A DNA stretch of 64,000 nucleotides, taken from assembly GCA_963674595.2 (NCBI GenBank), contig CAXXFV010000005.1, forward strand, positions 1-64,000, given 5' to 3'. Shown one piece after another: positions 63,692 through 64,000 of this stretch. Every line of letters begins with the position of its first letter. Position 1 is the first letter of the stretch. The notes under the pieces are model-generated. The model made no database searches. It saw only the letters and a list, made by a program, of their open reading frames with translations, and was not told where the DNA came from. This DNA is from a bacterium. GTDB lineage: Bacteria > Zhuqueibacterota > Zhuqueibacteria > Residuimicrobiales > Krinioviventaceae. Both the position numbers and the translations under genes were made by a program.

Positions 63692-64000
63692 TTTTTAATC
63701 CTTTCGAAAGTAAGGTTGCTATGTTGTCATTAAAAAACAATTTTATATTTCTTTCGATAAATTCACCTAAAATTTCCAGACCGAGAGTTGTTAGAAAATA
63801 ATATTTTCTGTCCGGTCCTTTGTTTCCTTTACCCGTTTTAAAATCAACCATTTCAAAATCATAATATTTTCTCAAAGTGCGATACAGGCTTTGCTCTTCA
63901 CAAGAGATGGTATTATTGGATTGTGTTTCAATGAAGTCTTTGATTTCATTCACATATTTTGGATTTTCCTTGAGGGCTAAAAACAGCCACAATGTTAGTT
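63684..64000 (-). CDS. PadR-family transcriptional regulator (5' end outside the window)
   Basis: SLYRTLRK, GPDRKYYFLT..G. Confidence 0.8.
   Translation of the reverse strand, partial: LTLWLFLALKENPKYVNEIKDFIETQSNNTISCEEQSLYRTLRKYYDFEMVDFKTGKGNKGPDRKYYFLTTLGLEILGEFIERNIKLFFNDNIATLLSKGLKND

Overview
Bacterial window, probably FCB-superphylum (tentative: one secreted protein has a PNPFN-type C-terminal sorting tail). Four blocks. (1) 1-23974: a Wzx/Wzy surface-polysaccharide cluster (rmlA, rmlC, wzx, wzy, FnlABC/WbuB L-FucNAc genes, PglCDEF-like initiation genes, Wzi). It contains an unusual cassette: VioA-like aminotransferase, ATP-grasp ligase, opine dehydrogenase and a 622-aa cobalamin-binding (DxHxxG) enzyme. 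(2) 24.0-33.0 kb: a B12 radical-SAM gene and a defective prophage early module (XRE/Cro, Mgm101-like annealase, SSB, two tandem RuvC-like genes). (3) 33-46.7 kb: an AT-rich accessory zone with RhuM-Fic, TusA/YeeE genes, two orphan HisKA_2 kinases and many IS21/IS3 end fragments. It also holds a ~4-kb non-coding array of 32 modular ~106-142-bp units. The array abuts a decayed phage-type HTH gene, and a 2.5-unit copy with the same leader lies 3 kb upstream. (4) 46.8-64 kb, visibly more GC-rich: a secreted beta-helix protein, a toxin-antitoxin pair and a sugar ABC/lyase/hydrolase operon. Best candidates for undescribed biology are the modular array and the B12/opine/ATP-grasp sugar-modification cassette. 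All calls come from motifs read by eye; no database searches were run.
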